The position numbers were made by a program, and so were the translations under genes. Positions 18,041 to 29,871 of a stretch of 64,000 nucleotides of DNA are shown here, in pieces (within the stretch, counting starts at the first letter, position 1; each line of letters opens with the position of its first letter). The notes under the pieces were generated by a model. The model was not told where the DNA came from. It did no database searches and was given only the letters and a program-made list of their open reading frames with translations. Source of the DNA: an uncultured delta proteobacterium (GTDB lineage Bacteria > Myxococcota_A > Polyangia > Fen-1088); assembly GCA_963755125.1 (NCBI GenBank), contig CAVWIP010000018.1:227010-291009 (forward strand). The letters are read 5' to 3'.

Positions 18041-20086
18041 CTACCCCAGCCTGACCACCAGACCACGGTCAGCGTCGACCAGCACCAGATCGCCATCATG
18101 GAAGAGCCGGCACGCGCCTGCCGCGCCGACCACCGCAGGCAAGCGCCGCTCGCGCGCCTGGGTGGCCACGTGGTCGAGCGGTCCACCGGTTTCGGTCACC
18201 AGCGCGGCGGCGACCAGCAAGGGTAGCTCGCTGGGCAGTATGCTCGCCGCCAGGAGAATCTTCCCTGGCGTCGCGTGCGGGCTGCCAGGCTGGTACACGA
18301 CCACGCGCCCGAGCGCGCGCCCGCCCGTGCTCTCGCCCCTCACCGACACCGTGTCGAGCGCGGCCTGCGCCGGGGGCGGATCTCGGCATGCGTTCTCCCA
18401 ATTGGCACGACCGGACGCGGCCAGCGCATGTAGATCGGCCGGAGCAGGATCGCCCGCGGCCAGCGATCGCGCGAGAGACAGAGGCAAGAAGAACACTGCA
18501 CCGGCGTCCGCAAGCGCGCCCATCCGGTTCAGTCTCTTTCCCAGTCGCAAGAGAGCCCGGCGAAGCGCGGCTTGCACCCGCGCGTAGAGCCAGTCGTCGT
18601 CCTCGCCCAACCCAACCGCTTGTCGGGCCAGGCGCAAGAACCGACGAAATTCCTCGCGCCGTTCGGGTGCAATCTGTTTCTCGACCTGCTCGCTGCTCCG
18701 CTCGTGCGCCTCGGCCGTTGGGTCCTCCGAGGAATCACTTTCGCCGCTGCACAAGTTCTCCGGTGCCTCGCGGCGGGTGGGGACCGCCACGTCCCACACC
18801 GGTGTCTCGTCGCCGAAGAGATCCAGGTAGCGATCTTGCGCACGTGCGCGATCGCCCGCGTCCCTGGCTGCCCGAAGCTCTGTCGCCCGCTGCCGGCGCT
18901 CGCTCGCCATGGATTCCACGCCGCTCAAAAGCTGTCCGAGCGCGGGCAGCGCCGACGGCAATTCCCGTCGCAGAAATTCCTCCAGGTTTTCGCTCGCGGC
19001 ACGCAGCGCAGGCTGGATGATCGCGAAGATCGGCTCCTCAACTGCCAGCAAAAGATCGAGAACCTGTTCCAGCGCTGGCTCGTCGCCCAGCGCAGCCAGG
19101 CGCGAGTCGACCTCGGCGCGCAGGGCTGCAAAGCGCGCAGGAGCTTCCTCGACCGATACCGCCGCCGGACCCGGCCGCGCATCGGGTGAAAAGAACAGGT
19201 ACTGCCCCAGCACGCGCTGGCGGATTCCGATGCGGCAGCGTTCGTCGACCAGCGCGATGAGACCGGCATGCGCAGGCGAAAGTGGCAAGGGATTGTGCGC
19301 CTGGTCCCATTGCCAGGAGGCTGGATCTTCGCCAGCTCCCAGGTTATCCCAGCCGCGCCACGGGACAGGCGCAGGCGGCGACTGATAGGATCGCATCTGC
19401 AGGAACACCAGCTTCTCGTTCTGCGCCACCCATTCCACCTCGACGGCGCCCTGGGCCTCGACAAGCGCACGCAGGGCGCCGCGCAGCCGCGTCGCTGCCG
19501 CGGACGCCAAGACGCCGGCCCGCACCTGGATGATCGGGGCGTCGGGGCGGGCCGGCACGCAGGCCGCGCCTCCGTGGGCATCGCCGCGGACGTAGGCATG
19601 AAGCAGGACCGACAGGGGCGCCGCCGCTGGTCGCAAGCCATGGGCCAGGGCATAGGCCACCGCGCCCGCAGACAGGGCCGAGGCGAGTACCTCGCGGATG
19701 GCTGTCTCGACTTCATCTGCGCGCACGGCCACCCGCGATTCATAGATCCCGGCGCCGAGACCGTCGGCGACGTCCTCGCTGGCAAACGACGACCGCACCG
19801 ACCAAAGAACGTCCGGGCTGTGCGCGAGCCACGCTGCCAGCTCCTGGGAAAATCCCGCCGGAAACGGCGCTGCCATCAACTCGGCCCTGGCGCGGTCCAG
19901 ATGGGCAAGCACCCGCTCGTCGATCATCTCGGGCAACGACAGCGAGGGGCCGATGGCGCGGAACAACTCGTCCGTGATCACGAATCCCGCCGGCGTGGGC
20001 AGGCCCGCGGCCGACAGCCGCGCCAGCGAGCGGGCCTTGCCGCCCAGCCGCGCGTCGGTGCCGTGCAGGTCCGCGAAAAAGCTCAT
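18041..20086 (-). CDS. PEP-utilizing enzyme / PPDK-like protein (rifamycin phosphotransferase-like domain order)
   Basis: N-terminal 'LGGKARSL...PAGFVIT...VRSSFASED...AGIYES'; C-terminal swivel phospho-His domain 'ETGGPLDHVATQARE...GDLVLVDADRG'. Confidence 0.8.
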   Translation of the reverse strand: MSFFADLHGTDARLGGKARSLARLSAAGLPTPAGFVITDELFRAIGPSLSLPEMIDERVLAHLDRARAELMAAPFPAGFSQELAAWLAHSPDVLWSVRSSFASEDVADGLGAGIYESRVAVRADEVETAIREVLASALSAGAVAYALAHGLRPAAAPLSVLLHAYVRGDAHGGAACVPARPDAPIIQVRAGVLASAAATRLRGALRALVEAQGAVEVEWVAQNEKLVFLQMRSYQSPPAPVPWRGWDNLGAGEDPASWQWDQAHNPLPLSPAHAGLIALVDERCRIGIRQRVLGQYLFFSPDARPGPAAVSVEEAPARFAALRAEVDSRLAALGDEPALEQVLDLLLAVEEPIFAIIQPALRAASENLEEFLRRELPSALPALGQLLSGVESMASERRQRATELRAARDAGDRARAQDRYLDLFGDETPVWDVAVPTRREAPENLCSGESDSSEDPTAEAHERSSEQVEKQIAPERREEFRRFLRLARQAVGLGEDDDWLYARVQAALRRALLRLGKRLNRMGALADAGAVFFLPLSLARSLAAGDPAPADLHALAASGRANWENACRDPPPAQAALDTVSVRGESTGGRALGRVVVYQPGSPHATPGKILLAASILPSELPLLVAAALVTETGGPLDHVATQARERRLPAVVGAAGACRLFHDGDLVLVDADRGLVVRLG

Positions 20087-20310
20087 GGCAGGAACTCTAG
20101 CGCGGATTGGCTGAAGCTTGGGCTCCTGCCGCCTTGTAAAGGTTTCTTACAAGACGCCGCGGCGCCGGCACTGGTCTTGGTCCGCGGGTTTGCCAACACC
20201 GCGTTTGTGCTGGCCGTTGTTCCATCGCCCCCGCCGGCACCGGACTTGCGAAAGCCGCCTTCGAGCCCGGAAGCCGCGCGTGCGGATTTCCCCCCGGGCA
20301 CGGAGGAACC

Positions 20311-20826
20311 ATGCGCATCCTGCCTGTCATCCTGTCTCTGGCGCTTGCCGGCTGGCCAGGCGGCTCGGCACACGCGGAAACAGCCGCGCCCTGCCCTGCC
20401 CATGAAATCGCCGTGGTCGTGAATGTCTCCACGCGGATGCTGAGCCTGTGTGAGCAAGGAAGAGCCCAGCGGGAGTTTCCCGTGGCCCTGGGCATTGCAG
20501 GCGTCGGCAAGCGACAGCAAGGAGATCACCGCACGCCTCTCGGCGTGTACCCGCTGGGGCCGCCCCGCCCGTCCTCGAACTACGGAACCTTCATCCCGGT
20601 CGGCTACCCCACGCCCCGACAAGTTGCGATGGGGTTCACCGGAAGAGACGTCGGTATCCACGGCCCCCCGCGCGCCAACCTCAACGACGGTCCCCACAAC
20701 ACCGACGTTGACTGGACCTGGGGTTGCATCGCAGTGGGAAGTGATCTGGAGATTGAGGCGATCGCGACCTGGCTGAGAAAACATCCCCGGGCCTTGCTGC
20801 ACATCTTCCGCGACGAGGAACACTAG
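20311..20826 (+). CDS. L,D-transpeptidase (YkuD) family protein
   Basis: Signal peptide; 'GDHRTPLGVY', 'IHG...DWTWGCI' (His...Cys); RBS GGAGG. Confidence 0.88.
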   Translation: MRILPVILSLALAGWPGGSAHAETAAPCPAHEIAVVVNVSTRMLSLCEQGRAQREFPVALGIAGVGKRQQGDHRTPLGVYPLGPPRPSSNYGTFIPVGYPTPRQVAMGFTGRDVGIHGPPRANLNDGPHNTDVDWTWGCIAVGSDLEIEAIATWLRKHPRALLHIFRDEEH

Positions 20827-20858
20827 CCATCCCGGCGCCGCCCGCTAAGATAGCTTTC

Positions 20859-22724
<1,866 letters not shown>

Positions 22725-22762
22725 CCCACATCCCCGGCTCGACTTGGTAGTAGGATGAAGGT

Positions 22763-24061
22763 GTGCCTGCCCCTGCTGCCGCCGGTCTGATCTGCCCAGC
22801 CTGCCAGACGCCGCTGCCCCACCTTGCCGCAGGCGCCGCTTCCCTACTCTGTCCCGGGTGTCACATCGAGGTGGACGCGGCCCGACTTGAAACCCTGGTC
22901 GGCAAGCCCCGCTTCGTGGCCGAGCGAAGCTGGGTCGGCGCGGAAATCGACGGCATGGTGGTGGAGGAGATGATCGGCGCGGGCGGGATGGGAACCGTGT
23001 ACCGCGCCCGCTCTGCACGAGAGGGCGAACCTGCACTGGCGGTGAAATTCCTTTCGCCTGCTCTGGCGGCCGAGCCAGAATTGGTGGCGCGCTTTCGCCG
23101 CGAGGTCGCCCTGCTCGAACAGCTCGACCATCCCGCCATCGTGAAGGTCAGGTCGCACGGCGAGAGCCAGGGTGTTCCCTGGTTCGCCATGCAACTGGTC
23201 GACGGGCCAACTTTGGCGGTGCGACTGGGCAAGGGACCACTGGGTGTGGACGAAGCGCGCGGGATCTTCCTGCGTCTGCTCGATGCGCTCGACCACGCGC
23301 ACAGCCGCGGAGTGGTGCACCGCGATCTCAAGCCGGCCAACGTGCTGCTGGCAGCCGACGGGGCTCGCTTGGCCGACTTCGGCATCGCGCATCTGGACCT
23401 GGATACGGTTTCGCACAAGACCCAGCTCACGCGAACCAGCGCGATCCTGGGCACGTTCCCCTATATGTCGCCAGAACAGCGCGCTGGCCGCGCCGTGGAT
23501 GCTCGCAGCGATCTGTATTCCGTCGGAGTGATGCTGTACGAGGCGCTTGCGGCAGAGCGGCCCGAAGGCGCCTTCGCCCCCTTGCACCGTCGGCGCAGCG
23601 ATGTCCCGACCCAGGTCGATCAGGTGGTGCTCCGTCTCTTGCAACCCGATCCGGCCCTGCGCCTGGCATCGGCCAGCGCGGCGCGGGCGGCGCTGGCCCG
23701 TGCGCTTCGGCCGGGGCAAGTGGGACGACGGTGGCTGGCCTGGACAGGAACCGCGGTTCTCACTCTGCTTCTCGCCGCCGGATCGAGCCTGTGGTTCGGC
23801 AAGAGCGCGTCCCCTCCGGCTCCCCCAATTTTGCAGCAGCCAGCAAACCCCGCCCCACCGCCGCCCCTTCCCCGGACGCCACAACCGGAAAACGAGCCGC
23901 GCGCGGCGCCCCCACAGGTTGACTTGCCACCGCTGCAAGGATTGAAGCGTCCCGCAAAGGTGAAAGCGCCGCTCGCCCTGAAGGGATCGAGAGGTTACGG
24001 GTCCAAGAGTGGCAGGGGCAGAAAGTCTCTCGGTGCGAAGGACTCCCCCGAACCGCACTAG
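22763..24061 (+). CDS. Ser/Thr protein kinase with N-terminal Zn-ribbon and TM; frame continues past TAG to 24220
   Basis: CPAC...CPGC; 'IGAGGMGTVY', 'AVK', 'HRDLKPAN', 'DFG', 'YMSPEQ'; TM; Pro-rich tail. Confidence 0.9.
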   Translation: MPAPAAAGLICPACQTPLPHLAAGAASLLCPGCHIEVDAARLETLVGKPRFVAERSWVGAEIDGMVVEEMIGAGGMGTVYRARSAREGEPALAVKFLSPALAAEPELVARFRREVALLEQLDHPAIVKVRSHGESQGVPWFAMQLVDGPTLAVRLGKGPLGVDEARGIFLRLLDALDHAHSRGVVHRDLKPANVLLAADGARLADFGIAHLDLDTVSHKTQLTRTSAILGTFPYMSPEQRAGRAVDARSDLYSVGVMLYEALAAERPEGAFAPLHRRRSDVPTQVDQVVLRLLQPDPALRLASASAARAALARALRPGQVGRRWLAWTGTAVLTLLLAAGSSLWFGKSASPPAPPILQQPANPAPPPPLPRTPQPENEPRAAPPQVDLPPLQGLKRPAKVKAPLALKGSRGYGSKSGRGRKSLGAKDSPEPH

Positions 24062-24250
24062 GCAGCAGGGGACCAATCTCCGACGCCACCGCCAGCGCCC
24101 CAGCCCAAGCAAGAGGAGCCGCAGTCCATTGGAAAGAGCTCCCTCGAAAAGGCGAGGAAGTGGGGCCGCAAGACGAAGATCTTGGACGACGACCTATTCG
24201 AGGCCACGAAGGGCGAGTAGCACACGACGGGGTGAAGTAGGGGTTGCCGG

Positions 24251-25720
24251 TCAGCGCGCCCCGAGCCCGCTGGCCGCCAGATCGATCACCGGCCCCGGCA
24301 CCAGGCCGAGGGCCAGCACCAACACCACCATCGCGGCCAGCACGATCCCCATGCCCGCTGACCGAAACGGCTGCCACGGTCGCACCGGCTCGCGGAAATA
24401 CATGGCGACCACGATGCGCAGATAGTAGTAGACGCTCACCAGGCTGTTGAGCACGGCCGCCACGACCAGCCAGACCAGATCCGGGCTCTGCACGGCCGCG
24501 CGAAACACGTAGAATTTGCCGAAGAAACCGCCAGTGGGCGGCACGCCGGCCAGCGACAGCAAGAGCACGGTCATGGCCAGGGCCACGGCCGGCCTGGTAC
24601 GCGCCAGCCCGGCCCAGTCGCGCACCAGCAAGCGCTCGTCGTCGCGTCGGCCCACCCATGCCACCACGGCAAAAACGCCCAGGGTGGTGAACGCGTAGGC
24701 GGCCAGGTACACCAACACCGCCGGCTGCGCGCCCTCCACCTTCTGGCCCAGGGCCACCAGGCCGATCAAGAGATAGCCGGCATGGGCAATCGACGAGTAG
24801 GCCAACATGCGCTTGACGTTGTTCTGGCGAAGCGCAGCCAGATTTCCCCAGGTCATGGTGACAAACGCCACCCCGCCCAGTACGCGCACCCAGCCGACGT
24901 GGCCCAGCGCCAGCCCGGGATCGGCGAAGACCGCACCCAGCAGGCGCACGAGACCACCCACGGCCGCGACTTTGATCCCGGCTGCCATGAGACCGGTCAC
25001 CGGCGTGGGGGCGCCCTGGTAGGCGTCAGGCGCCCACATATGAAACGGCACGGCCGCGATCTTGAACAACATGCCAGCGAGCACGAAGTACACACCGATG
25101 ATGAAGAGCGGGTTGCCTGCGGCCCGGCCGGCGCGCGCTGCGATCCCGGCATACGACATCTCCCCGCCCGTGGTGCCGTAGAGCAAAGCTGCTCCGTACA
25201 CCAAAAACCCGGCGGCGAACGCACCCAGCAGCAGGTACTTGAGCGCGCCCTCCGCTCCCGCGGGTTGGCGACGCCAGCTCGCCACCAGCAGATAGGCGGC
25301 CAGCGACATGGTCTCAATGCCGATGAGCAACGACAGCAGGTGCGTGGCGTGAACCACCGTCATCATACCTGTGGTGGCGAAGAGCACCAGGACATGGTGC
25401 TCGCCGTTCTCGAAGTCGTGTTCACGCACGAAAGGCGCCGCGACCAGCAGAGTCACCAGGGCCGTTGCGATCAACACAGCGTCGAGAAAGAGCGACATTC
25501 GATCCACGACCCACATGCCGGCCCAAATCGGTTGGCCGGACTCAGCCCCTGTCCATTGGCCCACAACCGCGGCCAGGGCCGCCAGACAGCCTAGCTGCGC
25601 CAGTCGGCAGGCAGACTCGCGGCCCCTGGTCATGGTGTCCAGCAAGAGTGCCAAACACCCGGCCCCTGAAATCAGCAGCAGCGGAGCCAGGGCCGTGATC
25701 TGTTCAACCTGCAAGGTCAT
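24251..25720 (-). CDS. nuoN: NADH-quinone oxidoreductase subunit N
   Basis: True start ATG 25720 coupled to the nuoM stop; 'EGALKY', 'FKIAAVPFHMWAPDAYQGAP', 'KRMLAYSSIAHAGY', 'SLAGVPPTGGF'. Confidence 0.95.
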   Translation of the reverse strand: MTLQVEQITALAPLLLISGAGCLALLLDTMTRGRESACRLAQLGCLAALAAVVGQWTGAESGQPIWAGMWVVDRMSLFLDAVLIATALVTLLVAAPFVREHDFENGEHHVLVLFATTGMMTVVHATHLLSLLIGIETMSLAAYLLVASWRRQPAGAEGALKYLLLGAFAAGFLVYGAALLYGTTGGEMSYAGIAARAGRAAGNPLFIIGVYFVLAGMLFKIAAVPFHMWAPDAYQGAPTPVTGLMAAGIKVAAVGGLVRLLGAVFADPGLALGHVGWVRVLGGVAFVTMTWGNLAALRQNNVKRMLAYSSIAHAGYLLIGLVALGQKVEGAQPAVLVYLAAYAFTTLGVFAVVAWVGRRDDERLLVRDWAGLARTRPAVALAMTVLLLSLAGVPPTGGFFGKFYVFRAAVQSPDLVWLVVAAVLNSLVSVYYYLRIVVAMYFREPVRPWQPFRSAGMGIVLAAMVVLVLALGLVPGPVIDLAASGLGAR

Positions 25721-27360
25721 CAGAAACGCCTCGCTGTCTCGGCCTGCGCGGTTGCCGGCCGCGCGGGCCGCTGACCCGGGATCACACGCCGTGCCGGCCC
25801 GTCGGGATTCGCGCGCGCCTCGGCCAGACGATCGCGGAAGCTCGCCGTGAGCGCCTGCACCGAGGCAGTGGTGCGCTCGATAATGGGCTGCGGGACCACC
25901 CCCATGACCAGCGCCGCCAGCACCAGGACACCGAACACTAGGCGCTCGCGCAGGCCGAGATCGCGCACCTGCGGGTCGCGGTTCTCGGGCTTGTCGAGCG
26001 GCCCGAACATCACCCGCTGGTACATGGTCAATAGATACACAGCCTCCAAAATGACTGCTGTGGCGGCCAGGCCGGCCAGCAGCGCCGGCTGGCTGAACAT
26101 GGGAGCTGCCAGGCCCACCGCCTGCCAGTCCTTGCCCGCGGTGAACGTGCCAGCGAGCACCAGAAACTCGCCCACGAAGCCACACAAGCCGGGCAGCCCG
26201 GCCGAGGCCAACACCATGACCAGAAAGCACGCGCCGAACACCGGCACCTGTTTCCACAGTCCGCCGAAATCGCCCAGTTGGCGCGTGTGGCGGCGGTCGT
26301 AGAGAATCCCCACTGCCAGGAAGAGGCCTCCCGTCGAGACCCCGTGGGCCAGCATCTGGAAAATCCCGCCCTGGATGCCCTTGTCGGAAAGCACCAGGAT
26401 GCCGAGCACCACGAAGCCCAGGTGTGACACCGACGAATAGGCGACCAGCTTCTTCACGTCGTCCTGCACCCAGGCCATGAGCGCGCCGAATATGATGCCG
26501 GCCACGGCGAGGCAAGCGATGATGGGCGCCGTCTGCTGGGCCGCCAGCGGAAAGAATGGCAGGGCGAAACGCAGAAAGCCGTACGCGCCGAACTTCAACA
26601 AGATGGCTGCCAGGATCACCGAACCGCCGGTGGGTGCTTCCACATGAGCGTCGGGCAGCCAGGTGTGCAGCGGAAAGAGCGGCACCTTGATCATGAAGGC
26701 CAGCGTGAATGCGAGGAAGCACAGCAGTTCCGGCCCGCGCGGCAGCGTGATGGTGGCCCAGGTCGAGTAGTCGAAGGTCCACTGACCGGTGACCGCGTGC
26801 ACCTGTGCGTACAGGTACAGGATGGCCGCCAGCATGAGCAGCGATCCCACCAAAGTGAAAATGACGAACTTGATGGCCGCGTACAGTCGCTGCTCGCCGC
26901 CCCAGATGCCAATGATGAAATACATCGGGATCAGCATCAGTTCCCAGAACACATAGAAGGCGAACAGGTCGATGGCCAGGAAGGTTCCCAGCATGCCGGT
27001 CTCCAGCAGCAGCATGGCCACGGTGAATTCCCGGCTGCGCGTCCTGTGCGCGCCCATGGCCTGCGGCGAAAGCAACGTCAGGAAGACCATCAGCGTGGTG
27101 AGCAGCACCAGCCACAGTGAGATGCCGTCCACGCCCAGATGAAAATGGATTCCCAGCGAAGAAACCCAGGGACGATCAACTTCCATTTGGAAAGCGCCAA
27201 TTGATTTGTCAAAGGCGCGCAGAACCAGCAGGGATTGCGCGAGGCTGACCAGCGCCGCGACCATCCCGATGGGTCGGCTGGTGCGTTCGCCCCGCGGCGC
27301 CAGCATCACCAGGATGGCGCCGAAAAGCGGAAGAAGCACTGTCAACCTGAGATCAGTCAT
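25720..27360 (-). CDS. nuoM: NADH-quinone oxidoreductase subunit M
   Basis: 'GVDGIS', 'FWELMLIPMY', 'KVPLFPLHTWLPDAHVEAP', 'KKLVAYSSVSH', 'FVGEF'. Confidence 0.97.
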   Translation of the reverse strand: MTDLRLTVLLPLFGAILVMLAPRGERTSRPIGMVAALVSLAQSLLVLRAFDKSIGAFQMEVDRPWVSSLGIHFHLGVDGISLWLVLLTTLMVFLTLLSPQAMGAHRTRSREFTVAMLLLETGMLGTFLAIDLFAFYVFWELMLIPMYFIIGIWGGEQRLYAAIKFVIFTLVGSLLMLAAILYLYAQVHAVTGQWTFDYSTWATITLPRGPELLCFLAFTLAFMIKVPLFPLHTWLPDAHVEAPTGGSVILAAILLKFGAYGFLRFALPFFPLAAQQTAPIIACLAVAGIIFGALMAWVQDDVKKLVAYSSVSHLGFVVLGILVLSDKGIQGGIFQMLAHGVSTGGLFLAVGILYDRRHTRQLGDFGGLWKQVPVFGACFLVMVLASAGLPGLCGFVGEFLVLAGTFTAGKDWQAVGLAAPMFSQPALLAGLAATAVILEAVYLLTMYQRVMFGPLDKPENRDPQVRDLGLRERLVFGVLVLAALVMGVVPQPIIERTTASVQALTASFRDRLAEARANPDGPARRVIPGQRPARPATAQAETARRF

Positions 27361-27363
27361 GGC

Positions 27364-29568
27364 CTACCGGATGTCGATGCTCCGCTCGATGGTGCGAGAG
27401 GTGTTCCACTGCGGATCAGTGATGCGAACCCGCAGTCGGTAGCGGCCGGGGCGGGCGTAGGACCAGGACGCGCTGGGGGTCGGGCCGAGAACATCCTCTC
27501 TGCCATCGCCATCGAAATCAAAGCCATAGTCGAGCTTGCCCGGCCTGGCTTCGCCATCGCTCAGTTCGACCGCGAGGTTGCGGCCCTCGACGCGAATCTT
27601 CACCTCGGAGGGCGTCGCGGGACGAGCCATCACGTAGACCAGCGCGGCCAGCCCGATGGCGAAGACGGCCAGGTAGCGCTGCACATCACCCACTTGCAAG
27701 AGGCGCAAGAGGCGTCCCATGCTTTCGACCAAAACCGCCCATCCACCGACCAGCAACCTGTCGATGAGAATGCGATCGACGACCAAGAAGAGCAGCCGGG
27801 ACAGGCCACGCATGGGTCGCACCACCAGTCCTTGGTAAATTTCGTCGACGAAAAACTTGCCGCGCACCACGACCACCAAGCGCGGCAGAGCCGCGACGAA
27901 CCGGCGCGCTGGCTCGCGCGCGCCGCCGCCGAAAAACAGTCTGGCCAGGCCGATGCCGGCAAGAGCAATCGCGGTCGACCCCGCCATCACCCGCCATTCG
28001 AGGCCGCTCGACACTTCCAGGCTGCGGCCCACCGCGGGTGCCAGCCAATGACCGATGAGATCACCGTGCGGCCAGCCGGAGGGCAGACCCACCACCCCGG
28101 CCAGTAGGGCGCCCAGGCCCAGTACCAGCAGCGGCCCCACCATCTCGATGGGCGATTCGTGCAGGTGCTCGCGCGTGTGCGGATCGGCCCGGCACTCGCC
28201 CGTGAACACCAGAAAGTAGAGCCTCGACATGTAGAAGGCCGTGCCCAATGCGGCGGCCAGCAAGCCCGCGCCGGCCGCGGGGCCGACCCAGCCCAGATGC
28301 GGGCCGAAGACTTCCGTGGCAAAAGCGCCGGTAACGATGGCGTCTTTGGAAAAGAAACCAGAAAAGACCGGCACCCCGCAGATAGCCAGCCAGCAAATCC
28401 GGAACACCCAGGTCGTCCAGGGCAACTTGCGGCGAAGACCGCCCATGCGGGTGATGTCGCCCGAGCCAGCCATGGCGTGCATGACCGAGCCGGCGCAGAG
28501 AAACAGACCCGCCTTGAAGAAGGCGTGGGTGAACAGGTGAAAAATGCCGCCCGCAAAATTGCCCGTGCCCACGCCCACGAACATGAAGCCAAGCTGACTG
28601 ATGGTGGAGTAGGCCAGCACCTTCTTGAAGTCGTTCTGGGCAAAAGCGATGACCGCAGCAAAAAGAGCCGTCAGCGCCCCGACCACTGCCACCACGGCCA
28701 GCGCCGCCGGGGCCAGCAGATACAGCGCGCCCAACCGTGCCACCATGTACACGCCGGCGGTGACCATGGTGGCCGCGTGGATCAGCGCGGAGACCGGCGT
28801 GGGACCGGCCATGGCGTCGGGCAGCCAGACGTAGAGCGGAATCTGCGCGGATTTGCCCGCCGCACCCAGGAACAGAAACAGCGCCGCCCAGAAAGCCACC
28901 GGCTGTCCCCACCACAGCGTCGCGGTCAGCGTCGCGCTGCCTGCGCGGGCGGTATCCACGATGGCAGGAATGTCGAACGTACTGGCGGCGCGGAAAAGCA
29001 AGAACATGCCGATGAGAAAACCCAGATCGCCCACGCGATTGGTGATGAAGGCCTTCTTGCCAGCGCTGGCGTTGGCGGCCTCGCCGTACCAGAAACCGAT
29101 GAGCAGATAGCTGCACAGGCCCACGCCTTCCCAGCCGATGAACATCACGGGCAAGCTGTCACCCAGGACCAGAAGCAGCATGGCGCCGCAGAAGAGATTC
29201 AGGTACGCGAAGAAGCGCGCGTAGTCCTCGTCGTGGGCCATGTAGCCAGTCGAGTAGATGTGGATGAGCGCGCCCACGAAGGTCACCACCAGGCACATCA
29301 GGCCTGACAGCGCGTCCATGCGCAGGGCCAGATCGACGCGCAGATCGCCGCTCGCGAACCACGTTCCCACCACGTCGGTCAGCCCACCCGATTCGACTAG
29401 CGCCGGTAGCGCAAAGAAGAACGCGTCCGCCGACACCAGCAGAGCAGCCCCCACCGCCATGCAGGCGACGTGGTGAACCACCCTGCGGCTGTGGTGCCGG
29501 CCCGCGAGGATTAGGTAGGCCGCGCTCAGCAGGGGCAAGAGAGGAATGATGCGCAGTTGAGAAAGCAC
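27364..29568 (-). CDS. nuoL: NADH-quinone oxidoreductase subunit L with C-terminal PKD-like extension
   Basis: 'GWEGVGLCSYLLIGFW', 'GKSAQIPLYVWLPDAMAGPTPVSALIHAATMV', 'THAFFKA'; about 85 extra residues after the last TM. Confidence 0.95.
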   Translation of the reverse strand: MLSQLRIIPLLPLLSAAYLILAGRHHSRRVVHHVACMAVGAALLVSADAFFFALPALVESGGLTDVVGTWFASGDLRVDLALRMDALSGLMCLVVTFVGALIHIYSTGYMAHDEDYARFFAYLNLFCGAMLLLVLGDSLPVMFIGWEGVGLCSYLLIGFWYGEAANASAGKKAFITNRVGDLGFLIGMFLLFRAASTFDIPAIVDTARAGSATLTATLWWGQPVAFWAALFLFLGAAGKSAQIPLYVWLPDAMAGPTPVSALIHAATMVTAGVYMVARLGALYLLAPAALAVVAVVGALTALFAAVIAFAQNDFKKVLAYSTISQLGFMFVGVGTGNFAGGIFHLFTHAFFKAGLFLCAGSVMHAMAGSGDITRMGGLRRKLPWTTWVFRICWLAICGVPVFSGFFSKDAIVTGAFATEVFGPHLGWVGPAAGAGLLAAALGTAFYMSRLYFLVFTGECRADPHTREHLHESPIEMVGPLLVLGLGALLAGVVGLPSGWPHGDLIGHWLAPAVGRSLEVSSGLEWRVMAGSTAIALAGIGLARLFFGGGAREPARRFVAALPRLVVVVRGKFFVDEIYQGLVVRPMRGLSRLLFLVVDRILIDRLLVGGWAVLVESMGRLLRLLQVGDVQRYLAVFAIGLAALVYVMARPATPSEVKIRVEGRNLAVELSDGEARPGKLDYGFDFDGDGREDVLGPTPSASWSYARPGRYRLRVRITDPQWNTSRTIERSIDIR

Positions 29569-29571
29569 CAG

Positions 29572-29871
29572 CTACCCCTTCAAGTCGTTCACTTCGTCGA
29601 GGCTGGTCGTGCGGCACGTGCGAAACACGCTGACCACGACGGCCAACCCCACCGCGGCTTCAGCCGCAGCTATTGCCATCACGAAAAAAGCGAACACATG
29701 TCCCCGTTGATCGCCGAGTGCCCGCGAGAAAGCGAGAAGCGCCAGCGTGCCGGCCGCCAACTGCAGCTCCACGCTCATCAGCACGATGAGGGCGTTGCGA
29801 CGCAGGAACACCCCGGCGGTTCCCACGAAGAACAGGGCCAGTGAAACCAGGATGTACGCGTAGGTCGGCAT
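29572..29871 (-). CDS. nuoK: NADH-quinone oxidoreductase subunit K
   Basis: ATG 29871; 'RRNALIVLMSVEL', 'AAAEAAVGLA'. Confidence 0.93.
   Translation of the reverse strand: MPTYAYILVSLALFFVGTAGVFLRRNALIVLMSVELQLAAGTLALLAFSRALGDQRGHVFAFFVMAIAAAEAAVGLAVVVSVFRTCRTTSLDEVNDLKG

Noticed and set aside
24059..24061. Amber recoding (pyrrolysine or an alternative genetic code)
   Set aside because: TAG ends many conserved genes at their expected C-termini and no pyl genes are in the window; a local mutation or error is more parsimonious.
24237..24262. Third GTAG-REP copy (GTAGGGGTTGCCGG...) at the kinase/nuoN convergence
   Set aside because: Only the first 7-8 nt match and the palindrome is not preserved.
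24251..27115. 954-aa ORF suggesting a giant NuoN fusion
   Set aside because: The N-terminal half is an off-frame overlap with nuoM; NuoN homology begins at ATG 25720. The long versions of nuoK (to 30699) and the TBDT (to 8612) are the same kind of over-extension.
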